From: Eledone cirrhosa
Taxonomy: Eukaryota
DNA length: 64,000 bases
Reading direction: 5' to 3'
Assembly (NCBI GenBank): GCA_964016885.1
Contig: OZ024749.1
Span: 44,454,001-44,518,000 of the forward strand
The number at the start of each line of letters is the position of its first letter. The first letter of the stretch is position 1. The notes below the pieces were generated by a model, which saw nothing but the letters and a program-made list of their open reading frames with translations, was not told the DNA's origin and made no database searches. Positions 1 through 14,650 of the stretch are shown here, piece by piece. A program made the translations under genes and the position numbers.

Positions 1-340
1 GAAATCATGGTAATAGTAGCACCGACTGCGGGGGCGTTGGTTGTAGTAATAGAAAGAACAGTCGTGACGGTGGCGAAATTGATGAGAGTGGTGATGGAGG
101 TGGCTGCTAAGAGAATAACGAAGGATGTATTTACGAAAAACGGTGAATAATTGGAAGGGAATTGGTAGTAGTGTGAGGTGGGTGTAGAACTGAGAAGGAG
201 AACTGATAGGTAGATAGATATATCAACTGGGCCGTAGTGAGGAAGGTATATTACTTACAGATAATTATAAACAGTCTAACACACATACACACACACACAC
301 ACATATGTATATCAATACATTGTATGTATATATATATATA

Positions 341-386
<46 letters not shown>

Positions 387-459
387 TGGTATGATAAATA
401 GATAGACAGGCAAAGGTAGAGAACGACAAAAAGGGGGAACGAGGGAGTTGGCTATTAGG

Positions 460-846
<387 letters not shown>

Positions 847-1182
847 TTGTGAAGGATAGTGACTGGTTGTAAAAAGAGGGATTAATAAAATATAGGTTTA
901 CGGAGGAAAGGAAATTGGAAATTAGTGATAAATAATCAACGGTAATGTGATACAGGGGAGGAAGGTAGAAGAGAGTAGAGGGGAGAGGATGATAGATGGA
1001 CTAGGGAAAGGGGGAGGGATAAAGAGTGGGAGAAAGTGTATTGGGTGAAGGGAGTGTTTGGGCTCTTACGATGTGGTATACATTACAAACCATATATATA
1101 TAAGTAAATGTGTGTATATATATATATATATACACATATATATACGTCTATATATATATATATATATATATACATACTTACT

Positions 1183-1275
<93 letters not shown>

Positions 1276-1380
1276 CATACACACACACATAAATATATAT
1301 ATATATATATATATACATACACACACACACACACATATATATATACATACACACACACATAAATATATATATATAAATAC

Positions 1381-1492
<112 letters not shown>

Positions 1493-1509
1493 GCGTGTGT
1501 GTGTTAATA

Positions 1510-1660
1510 GAGCTCCGTCGGTTACTGTGATGAGTGTCCCAGTTTAACTTAGTTCACAAGGTGAAATAAAGTTTATTGCTCAATGGAGATAACGAACGCG
1601 ACCGCTGGAATCGAACTTTTGACCTTAGTATCGTATGTCAGGCACTCTAATCAATAGATA
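1510..1660 (-). mobile_element. Degenerate tRNA-derived SINE (family 2-like)
   Basis: Minus strand has B-box GTTCGATTCC followed by ...TTGAGCAATAAACTTTATTTCAC, similar to the 57123 copy. Confidence 0.55.
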
Positions 1661-1915
1661 TATATTAAATTTCTTCATATGTTTGTGCCTGTGTATATGT
1701 ATGTATGTTTAATCCAGCAATCGACCAATAATGGTGTAAATCAAAAGTAAGCAGTTCACGACCTTTTAGGTATTACCTATATTGTATCAACCAGAGTGTC
1801 AATATAACAACAGAGAAAAGAGGCGGTATTACGTATATATATCTTTAATTTATTACATAATCCTGTTATGCACATTTCAAAGTGTTTGAAATATGTGTGT
1901 GTGTAGAGAGAGAGA

Positions 1916-1955
<40 letters not shown>

Positions 1956-1957
1956 AG

Positions 1958-1999
<42 letters not shown>

Positions 2000-2008
2000 T
2001 GTGAGGGA

Positions 2009-2093
<85 letters not shown>

Positions 2094-2757
2094 GGGGGAG
2101 AGATATTGTGTGTGTAAATGTATACAGAATGGCTAGATAGTAATAATGCTTTCATTGAAATAATGAGTTTCCGTGTTCGGATTTTATCTTATCCTCGACC
2201 TCTGCTACAAATATCCCTGGGTCGACGGAAATTACTTTGTGTCCTGTTTGATAAGCTGTACTTGTTATACAAACACATAACACGGTCCCACATTCTGCCA
2301 TCTAAAACTCTTTGATAGATACGTTGTTAAGTTCACGCATGTTGTTTCGGAATACTCAACCATTTACATGTTAATTCAGCAAATATCTTGTCCCGTCGTC
2401 CAAACAAGTAGAAGAATCACCATCTAAAACGTTGGAGGTCCGTATATCTCCCATATATACAAGTGTGTGTGTCTGTATGTGTCTGTGTGTATTTGTATCT
2501 GTCTGTGTATATGTGTACATATTTATATTTTGAGGAACTAATAATTACATGCATACGTACATACAGTCATGTACACCAACACAAGCATGTATACACATAC
2601 TCATAGACACATACATATATACTTACATATATATATTCATATATACATACATATATACTTATATACATACACACACACTCTCACACTCTCTCTCTCTCTC
2701 ACACACACACTTACACACACACACACACATATATATATATTCACACATATATACATA

Positions 2758-2950
2758 GCTCGATTCTCGGACCAGGCGATGCGTTATGTCCTTGAGCAAG
2801 ACATTTTATTTCACGTTTCTCCTTCTACCTGGAGTTGCGACCACGTTTCTCCTTCTACCTGGAGTTGCGACCGATAGATAGTATTAGCAATTGGAAAGAC
2901 CAACGGAAACATTGTTCCCTTCGGTCCGATTTGACGAAAGTTGATCGTTC
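2758..2950 (+). mobile_element. 5'-truncated tRNA-derived SINE family 2 with internal 30-bp tandem duplication
   Basis: Near-identical to 57180-57340; CACGTTTCTCCTTCTACCTGGAGTTGCGAC occurs at 2812-2841 and 2842-2871. Confidence 0.85.
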
Positions 2951-3719
2951 CTATACATAGATACATACTTATATAATTACATACATACATACGTACATAC
3001 ATAAGCACATATATACTTACGTACATACATAAGCACATACATACATACATATATACATGCATACATATATACATGCATACATACATATATACATACTTAC
3101 ATACATATATACATACATAAATACATACATACTTACATCTATACATGCATACATATATCCATACTTACATACATACATACACACACACACCCATCTATCT
3201 ATCTATCCATACATCCATCCATCCATACATACATACACACATACATACATACATACATCTATATATACATACTTATTCATACATACACACACACATCCAT
3301 CCATACATGCAAACTCACATACAGACACATACATCCATACATACATATACACATAGATATATACATATTATCCCATATTTACAAATGGCCTCCGAACTTA
3401 TGAAGATTTCGAGTGAGCTGTAATCGTAGTTCACTGATTAACTCTCGCGTGTCTTTCCAACGTAACTGATATGATGATTTCAATCTACATATTTATATTT
3501 TTATTTATTTTATATATTTATTCATCTGTTTATTTATTTATACATTTCTACACTTATTTGTTTTTACATCCGATTTGTTTTGTTTTGTTTTATTATTATT
3601 ATTTTTGTTTGCTTGTTTCGTTCGACTCGCTCTGCGGTCTACAAGCTTAACTGGGTTCGTAAATGAGGCAAAATTGGTCGAGGGATGTTGTTGTGTGGCT
3701 GGGAGCATTAAAATCAAAA

Positions 3720-3751
3720 CAGAACAGAGATGGAGACGGGAGAGAGAGAGA

Positions 3752-3788
<37 letters not shown>

Positions 3789-3916
3789 TTTGTAGACGAA
3801 AGAGCGAAGAGTAAGCTAGTGAGGGAGTTGGAGGGAGAGATAGGGGAAAAGGGTGAGAGAATGAGAGAAGGGAATGAGAGATGGAGACGGGAGAGAGAGA
3901 GAGAGGGAGAGAGAGA

Positions 3917-3947
<31 letters not shown>

Positions 3948-4079
3948 TGTGTTTGTAGACGAAAGAGCGAAGAGTAAGCTAGTGAGGGAGTTGGAGGGAG
4001 AGATAGAGGAAAAGGGTGAGAGAATGAGAGAAGGAAATGAGAGATGGAGACGGGAGAGAGAGAGAGAGAGAGAGAGAGA

Positions 4080-4122
<43 letters not shown>

Positions 4123-4283
4123 TGTTTGTAGACGAAAGAGCGAAGAGTAAGCGAGTGAGGGAGTTGGAGGAAGAGAGAGAGTGGGAAAATGGTGAGAGTG
4201 TGAGGGAAGGAAATGAGAGAGGGAGAAGAAGGAGAGAAGGTCAGAACAGAGATGGAGAAGGGAGAGTGAGTCAGTGAGAGAGT

Positions 4284-4318
<35 letters not shown>

Positions 4319-4440
4319 TGTGTGTGTGTGTGTTTGTAGAAGAAAGAGCGGAGAGTAAGCTAATAAGAGAGTTGGAGAAGGAGAAGGAAAGAGTGAGAGA
4401 GTGAGCGAAGGAAATGAGAGATGGAGAAGAAAGAGAAGTT
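3720..4440. repeat. Purine-rich minisatellite, ~165-175-bp unit, 3 close copies plus 1 diverged
   Basis: GTTTGTAGACGAAAGAGCGAAGAGTAAG recurs near 3787, 3951 and 4124, with a variant near 4331. Confidence 0.8.
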
Positions 4441-4639
4441 GGTGTGGTTTGGAGAGAATTGTGTGGAAATTAATGTTTGGAACAACAGGGAAAATCAGTA
4501 GAGACATCAACACTAATAAACACAAAAACAACAACAGTGACATGAAGAACAACATCATCAACAAGAACTGGTCACATAAATGAACCTTATACGTATATAT
4601 ACAAATATATATATATTTATGTTTGTATGTATATATATT

Positions 4640-4714
<75 letters not shown>

Positions 4715-4781
4715 ATGTATGTATAAATGTATAATTGTGTGTGTATGAGTATGTGCGCTTGATTACGTATATGTATGTATG

Positions 4782-4820
<39 letters not shown>

Positions 4821-4898
4821 GCACACATAAATATATATATGGTAGAAAACGAAATGGTGCACAGATGTAAAATTAACATTAAACACATAAACACAAAC

Positions 4899-5189
4899 AC
4901 CACCACCAACAACAACAACACCACCACCGCCACCACCACCACCACCACCACCACCACCACCACCACCAACACCACCAACACCACCACCTCCACCAGCACC
5001 ACCACCAACAACACCACCATCACCACCACCACCACCAACAACAACACCACCACCAACACCACCACCAACACCAACACCACCACCACCACCACCACCACCA
5101 GCACCACCACCAACACCACCACCATCAACACCAACACCACCACCACCAACAACAACAACATCACCACCACCAACACCACCACCAACACC

Positions 5190-5221
<32 letters not shown>

Positions 5222-5530
5222 CACCACCACCACCGCCACCACCACCACCACCACCACCACCACCAACACCACCACCACCAGCACCACCACCAACAACAAC
5301 AACACCACCACCAACACCACCACCACCACCAACACCACCAACAACACCACCACCACCACCACCACCACCACCACCACCACCACCAGCACCACCACCAACA
5401 ACACCACCACCAACAACACCACCACCACCACCAACACCACCACCACCGCCACCACCAACACCACCACCACTACCACCACCTCCACCAACAACAACAACAC
5501 CACCATCACCACCACCACCACCACCACCTC
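4899..5530. repeat. Degenerate (CAC/CAA)n trinucleotide tract
   Basis: Seen directly; the poly-T/G/V ORFs are artefacts of it. Confidence 0.9.
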
Positions 5531-5879
5531 CAAGAAGGAAGCAAGCCTGGCACAAGTATGGATGAACGTACAAATTGTTTTTCCTAATAGCTGAATCACT
5601 TAGTGACAATTAGATTCGTAATACGATCGCCATTGCTCTGTTAGGCACTGTTTATATTTATATTTATTTTATGTCTATTTTTAGTATGTTGTTTATCTGT
5701 TTTGGTTTCATTGTTTTTGTTTGATAGTTTTGTTTCTTTATATGTTATATTTATATGTTGTTTTTTTGTGTTATTTATCTATTTATATGTCTATTTATTT
5801 TTGTTTGTTTCTTTTCATGCCAAGTTTTATTTTCGTCGTCCGCTGTTTCTTTCTTTTTTCTTTCTGATAATTTTGTTAT

Positions 5880-6365
5880 TTTTGGTGTTGTGCTTGTTGT
5901 TGCTGTTGTTGTTGATGTTGTTGGTAGTGTTGTGGTTGATGGTGTTGTTGTTGTTGTTGGTAGTGTTGTGGTTTCTGGTGTTGTTGTTATTGTTGGTAGT
6001 GTTATGGTTGTTGTTGTTGTTGTTATTGTTGGTAGTGTTGTGGTTGTTGTTGTTGTTGTTGGTAGTGTTGTGGTTGCTGTTGTTGTTGTTATTGTTGGTA
6101 GTGTTGTGGTTGTTGTTGTTGTTGTTGGTAGTGTTGTGGTTGCTGTTGTTGTTGTTATTGTTGGTAGTGTTGTGGTTTCTGGTGTTGTTGTTATTGTTGG
6201 TAGTGTTGTGGTTTCTGGTGTTGTTGTTATTGTTGGTAGTGTTGTGGTTGCTGGTGTTGTTGTTATTGTTGGTAGTGTTGTGGTTGTTGTTGTTGTTGGT
6301 AGTGTTGTGGTTGCTGGTGTTGTTGTTGTTGGTAGTGTTGTGGTTGTTGTTGGTATTGTGGTTGC

Positions 6366-6399
<34 letters not shown>

Positions 6400-6570
6400 G
6401 GTATTGTGGTTGCTGGTGTTGTTGTTGTTGTTGTGGTCGATTTTGTTGTTGTTGTTGGTATTGTGGTTGATGGTGTTGTTGTTGCTGTTGGTGGTGTTGT
6501 GCTTGATGGTGTTGTTGTTGTGGTCGTTGCTGTTGTTTGTGTTGTTGTTGTTGTTATTGCTGTTGTTCAG
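5880..6570. repeat. Degenerate (GTT)n tract with ~30-39-bp higher-order unit GGTAGTGTTGTGGTT
   Basis: Seen directly. Confidence 0.85.
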
Positions 6571-6888
6571 TTCAGCAATCCATCTTCAAGTCAACGTCTT
6601 CCTTTCTCATCCTAATTATAATTATGATGATCAAGACCCTGATCGGGATTAACCTCCTCCTCCTCCCCCTCCTCATCTAATCTTGCTTATCCTCCTCATA
6701 CTCCTACTACTTCACATCATCTTTATCCTGATCGTTGCCATCATCACCATCATCATCATCATCATCATCATCATAGGTTTCGTCGTTGTCATCCTCCTCT
6801 TTGTTTTCATTGTCTTTATCATTATCCACATCAGCTTCATCGTCAACATTGACTCCTTCATCATTATCATCATCATCATCATCATCGG

Positions 6889-6966
<78 letters not shown>

Positions 6967-7039
6967 CATCAGCATCATCATCAGCCTCAGCAATATCGAC
7001 CTCTTCATCATTATCATCATCATGACCATCAATGATCTG

Positions 7040-7177
7040 AGTTTACGGCCCTTTATGATCTCAGTTCAAATCCCGCCGAGGTTAACTTTGCCTTTCATCC
7101 TTACGAGGTCGATAAATAAAGTACCAGTAATACACTGGAATAATTGATGGCCTTGTGCCAAAAGTAGAAACAATTAT
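7040..7177 (+). mobile_element. SINE family 1 (tRNA-derived; central domain resembles the Meta domain), 5'-truncated
   Basis: AGTTCAAATCCCGCCGAGGTTAACTTTGCCTTTCATCCTTACGAGGTCGATAAATAAAGTACCAGT...GGCCTTGTGCCAAAAGTAGAAAC then (ATT)n tail; Meta-domain assignment is from memory. Confidence 0.85.
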
Positions 7178-7449
7178 TATTATCATCATCAGCAGCCGCA
7201 TCATAACCCTAATCATCGTCGTAGTGATCACTATAATAGGTATAAACATCATCAACAATATTATCATCTTCGTTATCCCTCTCAACCATTGTCATAAGCA
7301 AGTACCACCCACATGGTGACACAGCTTGTTAGAAATAGAAAATAAATCTCCCTCAAACCATACCACAATGTCGTCAAACTTGGAATGTATTGAATGAGTC
7401 ATAAGCTTCCCCCGTCAGAGTTGACATAGAACTAATAAAAAAAAAAAAT

Positions 7450-8090
7450 GGTTTCTAATTTAAGCACAAAACCAATGATTTTAGGGGCACGGAAAGTCAA
7501 TTAAATCAACCCCAGTTCGTTACTGGTACTTTGTTTTATCGACCAGCGTAAGGATGAAAGGCAAAGCTAGACTCGGGGTGGGGGATTTGAATTTAGAACG
7601 TAAAGGAACGTAAAGAGACGTAACTACATGCCACAAAGCATGTTTCCCAAGGCTTTACTGGTACTGCCATTTCACCGCCCTCAGATAATAAAATAATAAT
7701 TGTTTCTATTTTTGGCACAATGCCATCAATTATACCAGTGCATTACTGGTACTTTATTTATCGATCCAGTAAGGATGAAAGGCAAAGTTAACCTCGCTGG
7801 CATTTGAACTCAGACCGTAAAGGGGCATAACTCTATGCTATAAAGCATGGCGTCCGACCCTCTACCGACACTACCAATCCAACCATTTTTTTTACTAACT
7901 TGAGCACATAGCTAGCAAATTCAGCAGAAGAAAAAAAAATCGATTGCATCGAACGAACGCGGCAATGGGCTGGTACGTTATTTTCTTCGATTTCAGAAAG
8001 TTGACCTGACCCCAGCAAGATTTGACCTCAGAGAGCAATGCACCGGAACAGATGCCGAGACATTTTTAATCCAACGCCCTAACGAATATG
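7450..8090 (-). mobile_element. Three head-to-tail SINE family 1 copies (~7450-7682, ~7695-7885, degenerate ~7900-8090)
   Basis: Repeated CTGGTACTT...ATCGA...GGATGAAAGGCAAAG...ATTTGAA motifs. Confidence 0.8.
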
Positions 8091-8388
8091 ACATTGCATT
8101 TATTTGAGCATTTAACGATATTAGTCTCTATATGTGCATGTATGTAAAGAGGAGGGGGCTAAGAGAGCATTAGAATATATTGGGGCTAATTCGTATCAAT
8201 TCAGTGAAACAATCACATTATATTGTCTCCTCCGGCACGGAAAAGATTAAGAAAGACAGAACATAAGAGAGGGAGGAGGGCTAAACAGAGAATGAAAGTG
8301 TGAGAGTGAGGTAAGGGGAAGATGACATTGGTCGAACGAGAAATGTATATATGGGTGTGTATATATATATATATTGTATATGTACATG

Positions 8389-8450
<62 letters not shown>

Positions 8451-8458
8451 CATATACA

Positions 8459-8515
<57 letters not shown>

Positions 8516-8544
8516 GGGTATATATATATTGTATATATGTACAT

Positions 8545-8588
<44 letters not shown>

Positions 8589-8664
8589 ATAATAAATTTG
8601 AAGACTAAAATCCATATATATATATATATATTGTATATGTGCATATATATATATATATATATAT

Positions 8665-8775
8665 AACGAAGGAAATGTGGTAAGGAACCAGGTGGACCAT
8701 AACGCACCAAAGTACTCAATACTTGGGGTAGTAGAGTGGGTAATAGGAACCAGTAAGACTGGGGTCTTACTGGTT

Positions 8776-8780
<5 letters not shown>
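8665..8780 (-). mobile_element. Hairpin family A copy 2, internal hairpin deleted
   Basis: Tail AACGAAGGAAATGTGGTAAGGAACC...GAGTGGGTA plus short hairpin ATAGGAACCAGTAAGAC/GTCTTACTGGTTCCTAT; (TA)n on both sides. Confidence 0.85.
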
Positions 8781-8810
<30 letters not shown>

Positions 8811-8812
8811 TA

Positions 8813-8854
<42 letters not shown>

Positions 8855-8935
8855 AAAGTTTTATTTAAAATTGTTGGGTTACAACGAGTAAATATTTTAT
8901 AACTGATATAAAGCACTCAACAAGTTTTGGAGTAG

Positions 8936-9243
8936 ATATACGATATTAAACAAATGGAAACTATATTTATAAAACCATATTTATTTCATTATACATATTT
9001 CAGGGATACCATATTAAAAATACTAAATACTAAATATTTATAAACACTTCACTACCAAACCAACCTCTTAAATGGAAGTTGATCAATATTTATGGTACGT
9101 CAAATTTATTTATAAAACTGCTTATATATTGTATTTTATCTGAAGAAGGCATGCTATATTTTTAATATGGTATCCCTGAAATATGTATAATGAAATAAAT
9201 ATGGTTTTATAAATATAGTTTCCATTTGTTTAATATCGTATAT
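8936..9243. repeat. ~87-bp perfect inverted repeat (8936-9022 / 9157-9243) overlapping an HHR; probable PLE pLTR remnant
   Basis: ATATACGATATTAAACAAATGG...GGATACCATATTAAAAATA is the reverse complement of 9157-9243. Confidence 0.85.
9132..9197 (+). ncRNA. Type I hammerhead ribozyme motif
   Basis: Stem I TATTTTAT/ATGAAATA; CTGAAGA at 9140; 14-bp stem II AGGCATGCTATATT/AATATGGTATCCCT with 1 mismatch; GAA; near-palindromic stem III ATATGTAT; predicted cut after A9189. Confidence 0.75.
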
Positions 9244-9267
9244 ATATATATATATATATATATTTAC

Positions 9268-9447
9268 ATAGGGAAAGAGTCTGGACCCCAACGGCTGAGC
9301 TCCGAACAGTTCAGATCTAGCTGTCGAAACGGCCGGAGCTCAGCCGTCGGGGTCCTGACTCTTTTTCCTATTACACACTACTTACCCTAAGTATCGAGTA
9401 CTATGTTGTATTATTTTCCACCTGGTATCTTACCATACATTCTTTGT

Positions 9448-9448
<1 letters not shown>
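9268..9448 (+). mobile_element. Hairpin family A copy 3
   Basis: GACCCCAACGGCTGAGCTCC...GTCGAAACGGCCGGAGCTCAGCCGTCGGGGTC plus diverged tail. Confidence 0.8.
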
Positions 9449-9542
<94 letters not shown>

Positions 9543-10174
9543 ATGGCTGTACGCTTATGTTGATGCAGTTGTGTACATATGTACATGCGTCTTTCTAAGA
9601 CATGTCAGGTGGATTTAATTAGAAGCTTCTATGTGATTAGGTTGCCCACCATATTATATAATTTTATATATTCCTTAACCCCCTTCCTTTATATCGATCT
9701 TTCTTCTGTTAGTGAGCTTCGTCGTCACTCACTGAGCTTTTGTCTCATAATACAACACACACATCCTTTTACTTCAGCTCACATAAGATCGTCATCATCA
9801 TCATCACTAACCTTCAAAATCATCTCGTCAAACTTGTCGCTCAATACTTCGTTCTCCACCCTTTTCTTCTTCTTCTTCTTCTTCTTCTTCTTCTTCTTCT
9901 TCTTCTTCTCCTTCTTCTTCTACGCTTCATCATCATCATCATCCTCATCATTATAATCATCATCATCATCATCATTATCACCCCCCCCCCCACCAAACAC
10001 TATTTTTTATTAACATTACTATCATCTTTATCAGCATTTAATTTTTTTATTTCTAATTTTTAGACATATTTCTATATTAGCTTCTATTACCGTTTCTTCT
10101 GCCAGTGTCGAGGGTGAAGCGATAGGTTTATTCTCTGCTAATTGCTGTCGTCGTTCTCATTATCTCACTCTTCA

Positions 10175-10765
10175 TTACAAATAATACTCTTGTTTTTGTT
10201 GATGTTGTTGGTGTTGTTGGTGTTGTACAAATAATACTCATGTTTTTGTTGATGTTGTTGGTGTTGGTGTTGTTGATGTTGTTGGTGTTGTTGGTGTTGT
10301 ACAAATAATACTCTTGTTTTTGTTGATGTTGTTGGTGTTGATGTTGTTGGTGTTGTTGGTGTTGTACAAATAATACTCATGTTTTTGTTGATGTTGTTGG
10401 TGTTGGTGTTGTTGGTGTTGTTGATGTTGTTGGTGTTGTTGGTGTTGTACAAATAATACTCTTGTTTTTGTTGATGTTGTTGGTGTTGTTGGTGTTGTAC
10501 AAATAATACTCTTGTTTTTGTTGATGTTGTTGGTGTTGTTGGTGTTGTACAAATAATACTCATGTTTTTGTTGATGTTGGTGTTGTTGGTGTTGTTGGTG
10601 TTGTTGGTGTTGGTGTTGTTGGTGTTGTTGGTGTTGTACAAATAATACTCTTGTTTTTGTTGATGTTGTTGGTGTTGTTGGTGTTGTACAAATAATACTC
10701 ATGTTTTTCTTGATGTTGGTGTTGTTGGTGTTGTTGGTGTTGTTGGTGTTGTTGATGTTGTTGGC
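10175..10765. repeat. Minisatellite: 9 copies of ACAAATAATACTC(T/A)TGTTTTT separated by variable (GTT/GGT)n
   Basis: Seen directly; unit ~50-90 bp. Confidence 0.9.
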
Positions 10766-10871
10766 GTTGTTGTCGTTGTTCGTGTTGTTTTATCTTTTAT
10801 TCTTATTAGAATGAAGAAGAAAATAGGAAATTGTGAAACAAACATATATTTTCATTTTTATATAAATTCCT

Positions 10872-10908
<37 letters not shown>

Positions 10909-10939
10909 TATACATACATTCAAATATATATATATGTGC

Positions 10940-10976
<37 letters not shown>

Positions 10977-11737
10977 TGTATGTATGTTTATGTATGTATG
11001 CCAGTATGTATGCAGATATATGTATGTATATATGTATCTATTGCTGCTTCGCTTTCTATTCTTTAAAATTTAGCTATGATATTTTATATGTTTTTCTATA
11101 CTCGTATGTTTGTATTACATAAGGTTTCCTTACACGTTGCAATGACATTGCTGCAATTCATTTTCAGTTAGTCTGTCATTTTTTCCTGGTCAAGTATTTC
11201 AACCAGTTTTCTACTCGCCCCTCCTGCCAAACATCATCTCCTATCTTTCTATAACACCAACCAACCTCATCTCCACCTCCATCTCACCCCCATCATCTCC
11301 ACCTCCATCTCCACCTCCATCTCACCGCACCTCCATCTCCATCTCTATTAACGCCTTTTTCTCTGTAAATATTTAGAATTATTTTTGCACAGTTAGATGT
11401 TAGATAGTTTAATGTAGGATTTTTGTATGTCTTTTTTTCGGTGGTGTGGGCGTTGGTAGTCGTTGGTTTTATTGTATGTTTTCAATGTTCGTTCCCAAAC
11501 TATTCTCTTACTTTTTCTCTCTTTTACTTTTACTTTCACTTTCAGTATTTCACTGTACTTTTTTTCCCTAGAAGTCCAACAGCTTACTTTTATTTTACTA
11601 GATATGTTTGTATGATATTATTGCTTCCATACATTTTGCTAAGATTTTCCTTGTCATCCCATTCTTAGAGCTGCTTTCTTCATTTTATTTCCTTTTTTAA
11701 ATTTTTATATGTTTTTAAGTTTTTTACATTACAATTT

Positions 11738-11843
<106 letters not shown>

Positions 11844-12332
11844 CTTCATATTTGTTTTCTTTACATCCTTTCGTAATTTTTTCTTTTCTCTCAGTAATGA
11901 TAGTCATCTCTTTCGAACATTCACAAGAATCTCATTCTTTTCCCTTCAATGGAAGAGAATTTGTTTCGCGAATCTTCGTTGTTTTCTTCGATTAGGGTTC
12001 TGTTAAGGGTTAATCTGTTGAAAAATGTTCATATTATACCCGAAAATTGCCTTCTTATCTTGGCCTGGCAGGTTTCATTAGCAGAATATTCTAATTGGCA
12101 CATATACTATGACATGCTCTTTTAGTTCTTCTATTTCGCCACAAATCCTCTTGTTTCAAGAATAAATGTCATCCGTACCATTGTTGTGTTTTGTTGTTGC
12201 TTTCAGATTTGTTATTTTTTTTAGATTTTTATTTTTATTTGTTGCTTTGGTTTACATTCCTTTTTTGTTGTTCGTGTTGCATTAGTGTCCTTGTCAACAC
12301 CGATATCTTCGACGATGCCATTGTATTTTTTC

Positions 12333-12374
<42 letters not shown>

Positions 12375-12451
12375 CATATATATACACATATATATATATA
12401 TACACATACACGCATACACGCACACACACACATATATATACATATATACAC

Positions 12452-12506
<55 letters not shown>

Positions 12507-12827
12507 AGCGTATATACAAGCATTATATGTGATTTTGTTATAATTTTTGGTTCCTGCTCTTGTTGATAATGTTAAATTTGTTGTTAGGGTTCGTCCCTTT
12601 ATCAATTATACATTCCCTTTAACATGACACATGCACACACGCAGTCTGATATCTGCTTAAACTTCTATGTATGTAGAGGTGTGTGTATGTATGCCATGCA
12701 TGTACGTATCTGTGTATATATATATATGTATATATATATACATGTATATATACATATATATATATATACATGTATATGTATGTACACTTTCACTCACAAA
12801 CGCACGCACACTTACACCCCCCCCCCC

Positions 12828-12866
<39 letters not shown>

Positions 12867-13473
12867 GATATTATCTACATTAACACACACACAAACACGG
12901 GGTGTTTTGTAATGGCGACCTTTAAGCGTGTTACGTTTTTGTGATTCCGAGCGTTAGAGTGTGTGCAAATATATATCTCTATCTGTATTAAGACGTGCTC
13001 CTTGCGTGCGTATTCATATCTCTACAGATCAGTGTTTCTCTGTTCACCGTGTTGCAGTATACTGTAAATAATGAAACACAACTTAAAGTAATACGTACTA
13101 TAAAAACAAAATGGCTTACATTTTACACAATATAAGAATTGATCTGTATTACACACTCTTATCCAAATTGTTGTTGCTTATGGAAAAGTGTTTTAAAATA
13201 GTCAGAATTTATTCCATAGAATATGTATGGGATACATAAAATACATAGAATACATAGAATATGTTTGGAATATATGTTGTGAAATATAGGGATATGTTTA
13301 GTGTCAAATTGAACATCATTTTATATATGCAATATATTTACAATATATTTGAGCGATATTCAGCCATTCATGAAATACTGTTTGTAGTTATTTTGAATGA
13401 GCTTAGCTATCTACTGTATGTGATGTTCTATGGTGCAGTTCGGTTTTATCCTTTGTGTTTGTGTGTTAGTGTC

Positions 13474-13577
<104 letters not shown>

Positions 13578-13596
13578 CGTGTGTGTTCGTGTGTGT

Positions 13597-13805
13597 ACAA
13601 CGGAACAACATTATCGTGAATTATCGTATTATGTACAGGTAGCTGAGACTTTCACAGATATGTATATTACTAACGCAGATCTCAGGGAGATCCAATGTGT
13701 TAAACTGTGTGACAAGCTTGGCCCATTGAATTACAGGTAAAAAAAAACATATTGCCTAGCTGAGTGAAACAAAAAGTGTTTTCTTTGTTCAAATACACAT
13801 CCCGT
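13597..13805 (-). mobile_element. Degenerate SINE body (long family-2-related type)
   Basis: Similar to 44110-44210 and to the reverse complement of 26160-26290 and 2320-2430. Confidence 0.5.
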
Positions 13806-13814
13806 CCCTCGTAA

Positions 13815-14650
13815 TTTTAAGGGAAGGGCGAAGTCAATTAAATCTACCTCAGTTTATTGCTGCTACTTTATTTTATAGAACCCGTAAGGCAAAGTTAACC
13901 TGTGTCGTCTTAGAATACAGGGTGTAAGGCGTCATAATAAACAACACAAGGTATTTTGTACAACGCACTAAAGATTCTGGCAATAATTGCTTCTAATTTT
14001 GGCACAAGGCAAGCAATTACCCCAGTGTATTACTGGTGCATTATATTATCGACCCCGTATGGAGGAAAGGCAAAGTTAAACTGGAGGGGATTTGAACTCA
14101 GAACGTAAAGGGCCGAAACACCTATGCTGCAAAGTATGGTGTCTGACTCTCTACCGATACTGCCAATCCCCCGCCAATAATAATAACAGCTCTTATAAGC
14201 ATGAGGCTACTAATTTGAGGCTAGGGAAATAGTTGATTGAATTAACCTAGAATATTTGACTGGTACTTTATTTTATTTTCCCTGGAAAGATAAATGACAA
14301 CATTGACCCCGGTTAGATTTGATCTCTGAATGTAAAGAGAGATTGGGCGATTAATTCTCAGCAAAGCATTTTATTTGAACGTTCTATTGATTTTTACCTA
14401 CCGACTAAAAATATAATTACCAACATATATACCCTTAGGTCAGATATATGAGGGGAAATGTATAGTTAATAAGACAATTATATCTGAACCTCAATAGATA
14501 ACTGGTACGAATTTTATCGACTCCGGAATGATAGAAATTATGGAAGCCAAGGTCGGCCTCAGCAGGATTTGAACTGAGAATGTAAAGAGATCTAATTGAT
14601 ATATACTGCAAGGCATTTTTATACATCTCTCTGAAGATTGTGGCAATTAT
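13815..14650 (-). mobile_element. Four head-to-tail SINE family 1 copies of different ages
   Basis: Four successive (CT)GGTAC/…ATCGA…/GATTTGAACTCAGAA-type motifs; 13985-14176 is the best preserved. Confidence 0.75.

Noticed and set aside
4617-6652. Long Gly-, Thr-, Val- or Leu-rich ORFs (mucin-like or glycine-rich-like)
   Set aside because: Trinucleotide tracts open in several frames on both strands, running into (TA)n, with no splice or domain evidence
10175-10765. CRISPR-like repeat-spacer pattern
   Set aside because: The 'spacers' are (GTT/GGT)n variants of each other, the context is eukaryotic and no cas genes are present; it is a minisatellite
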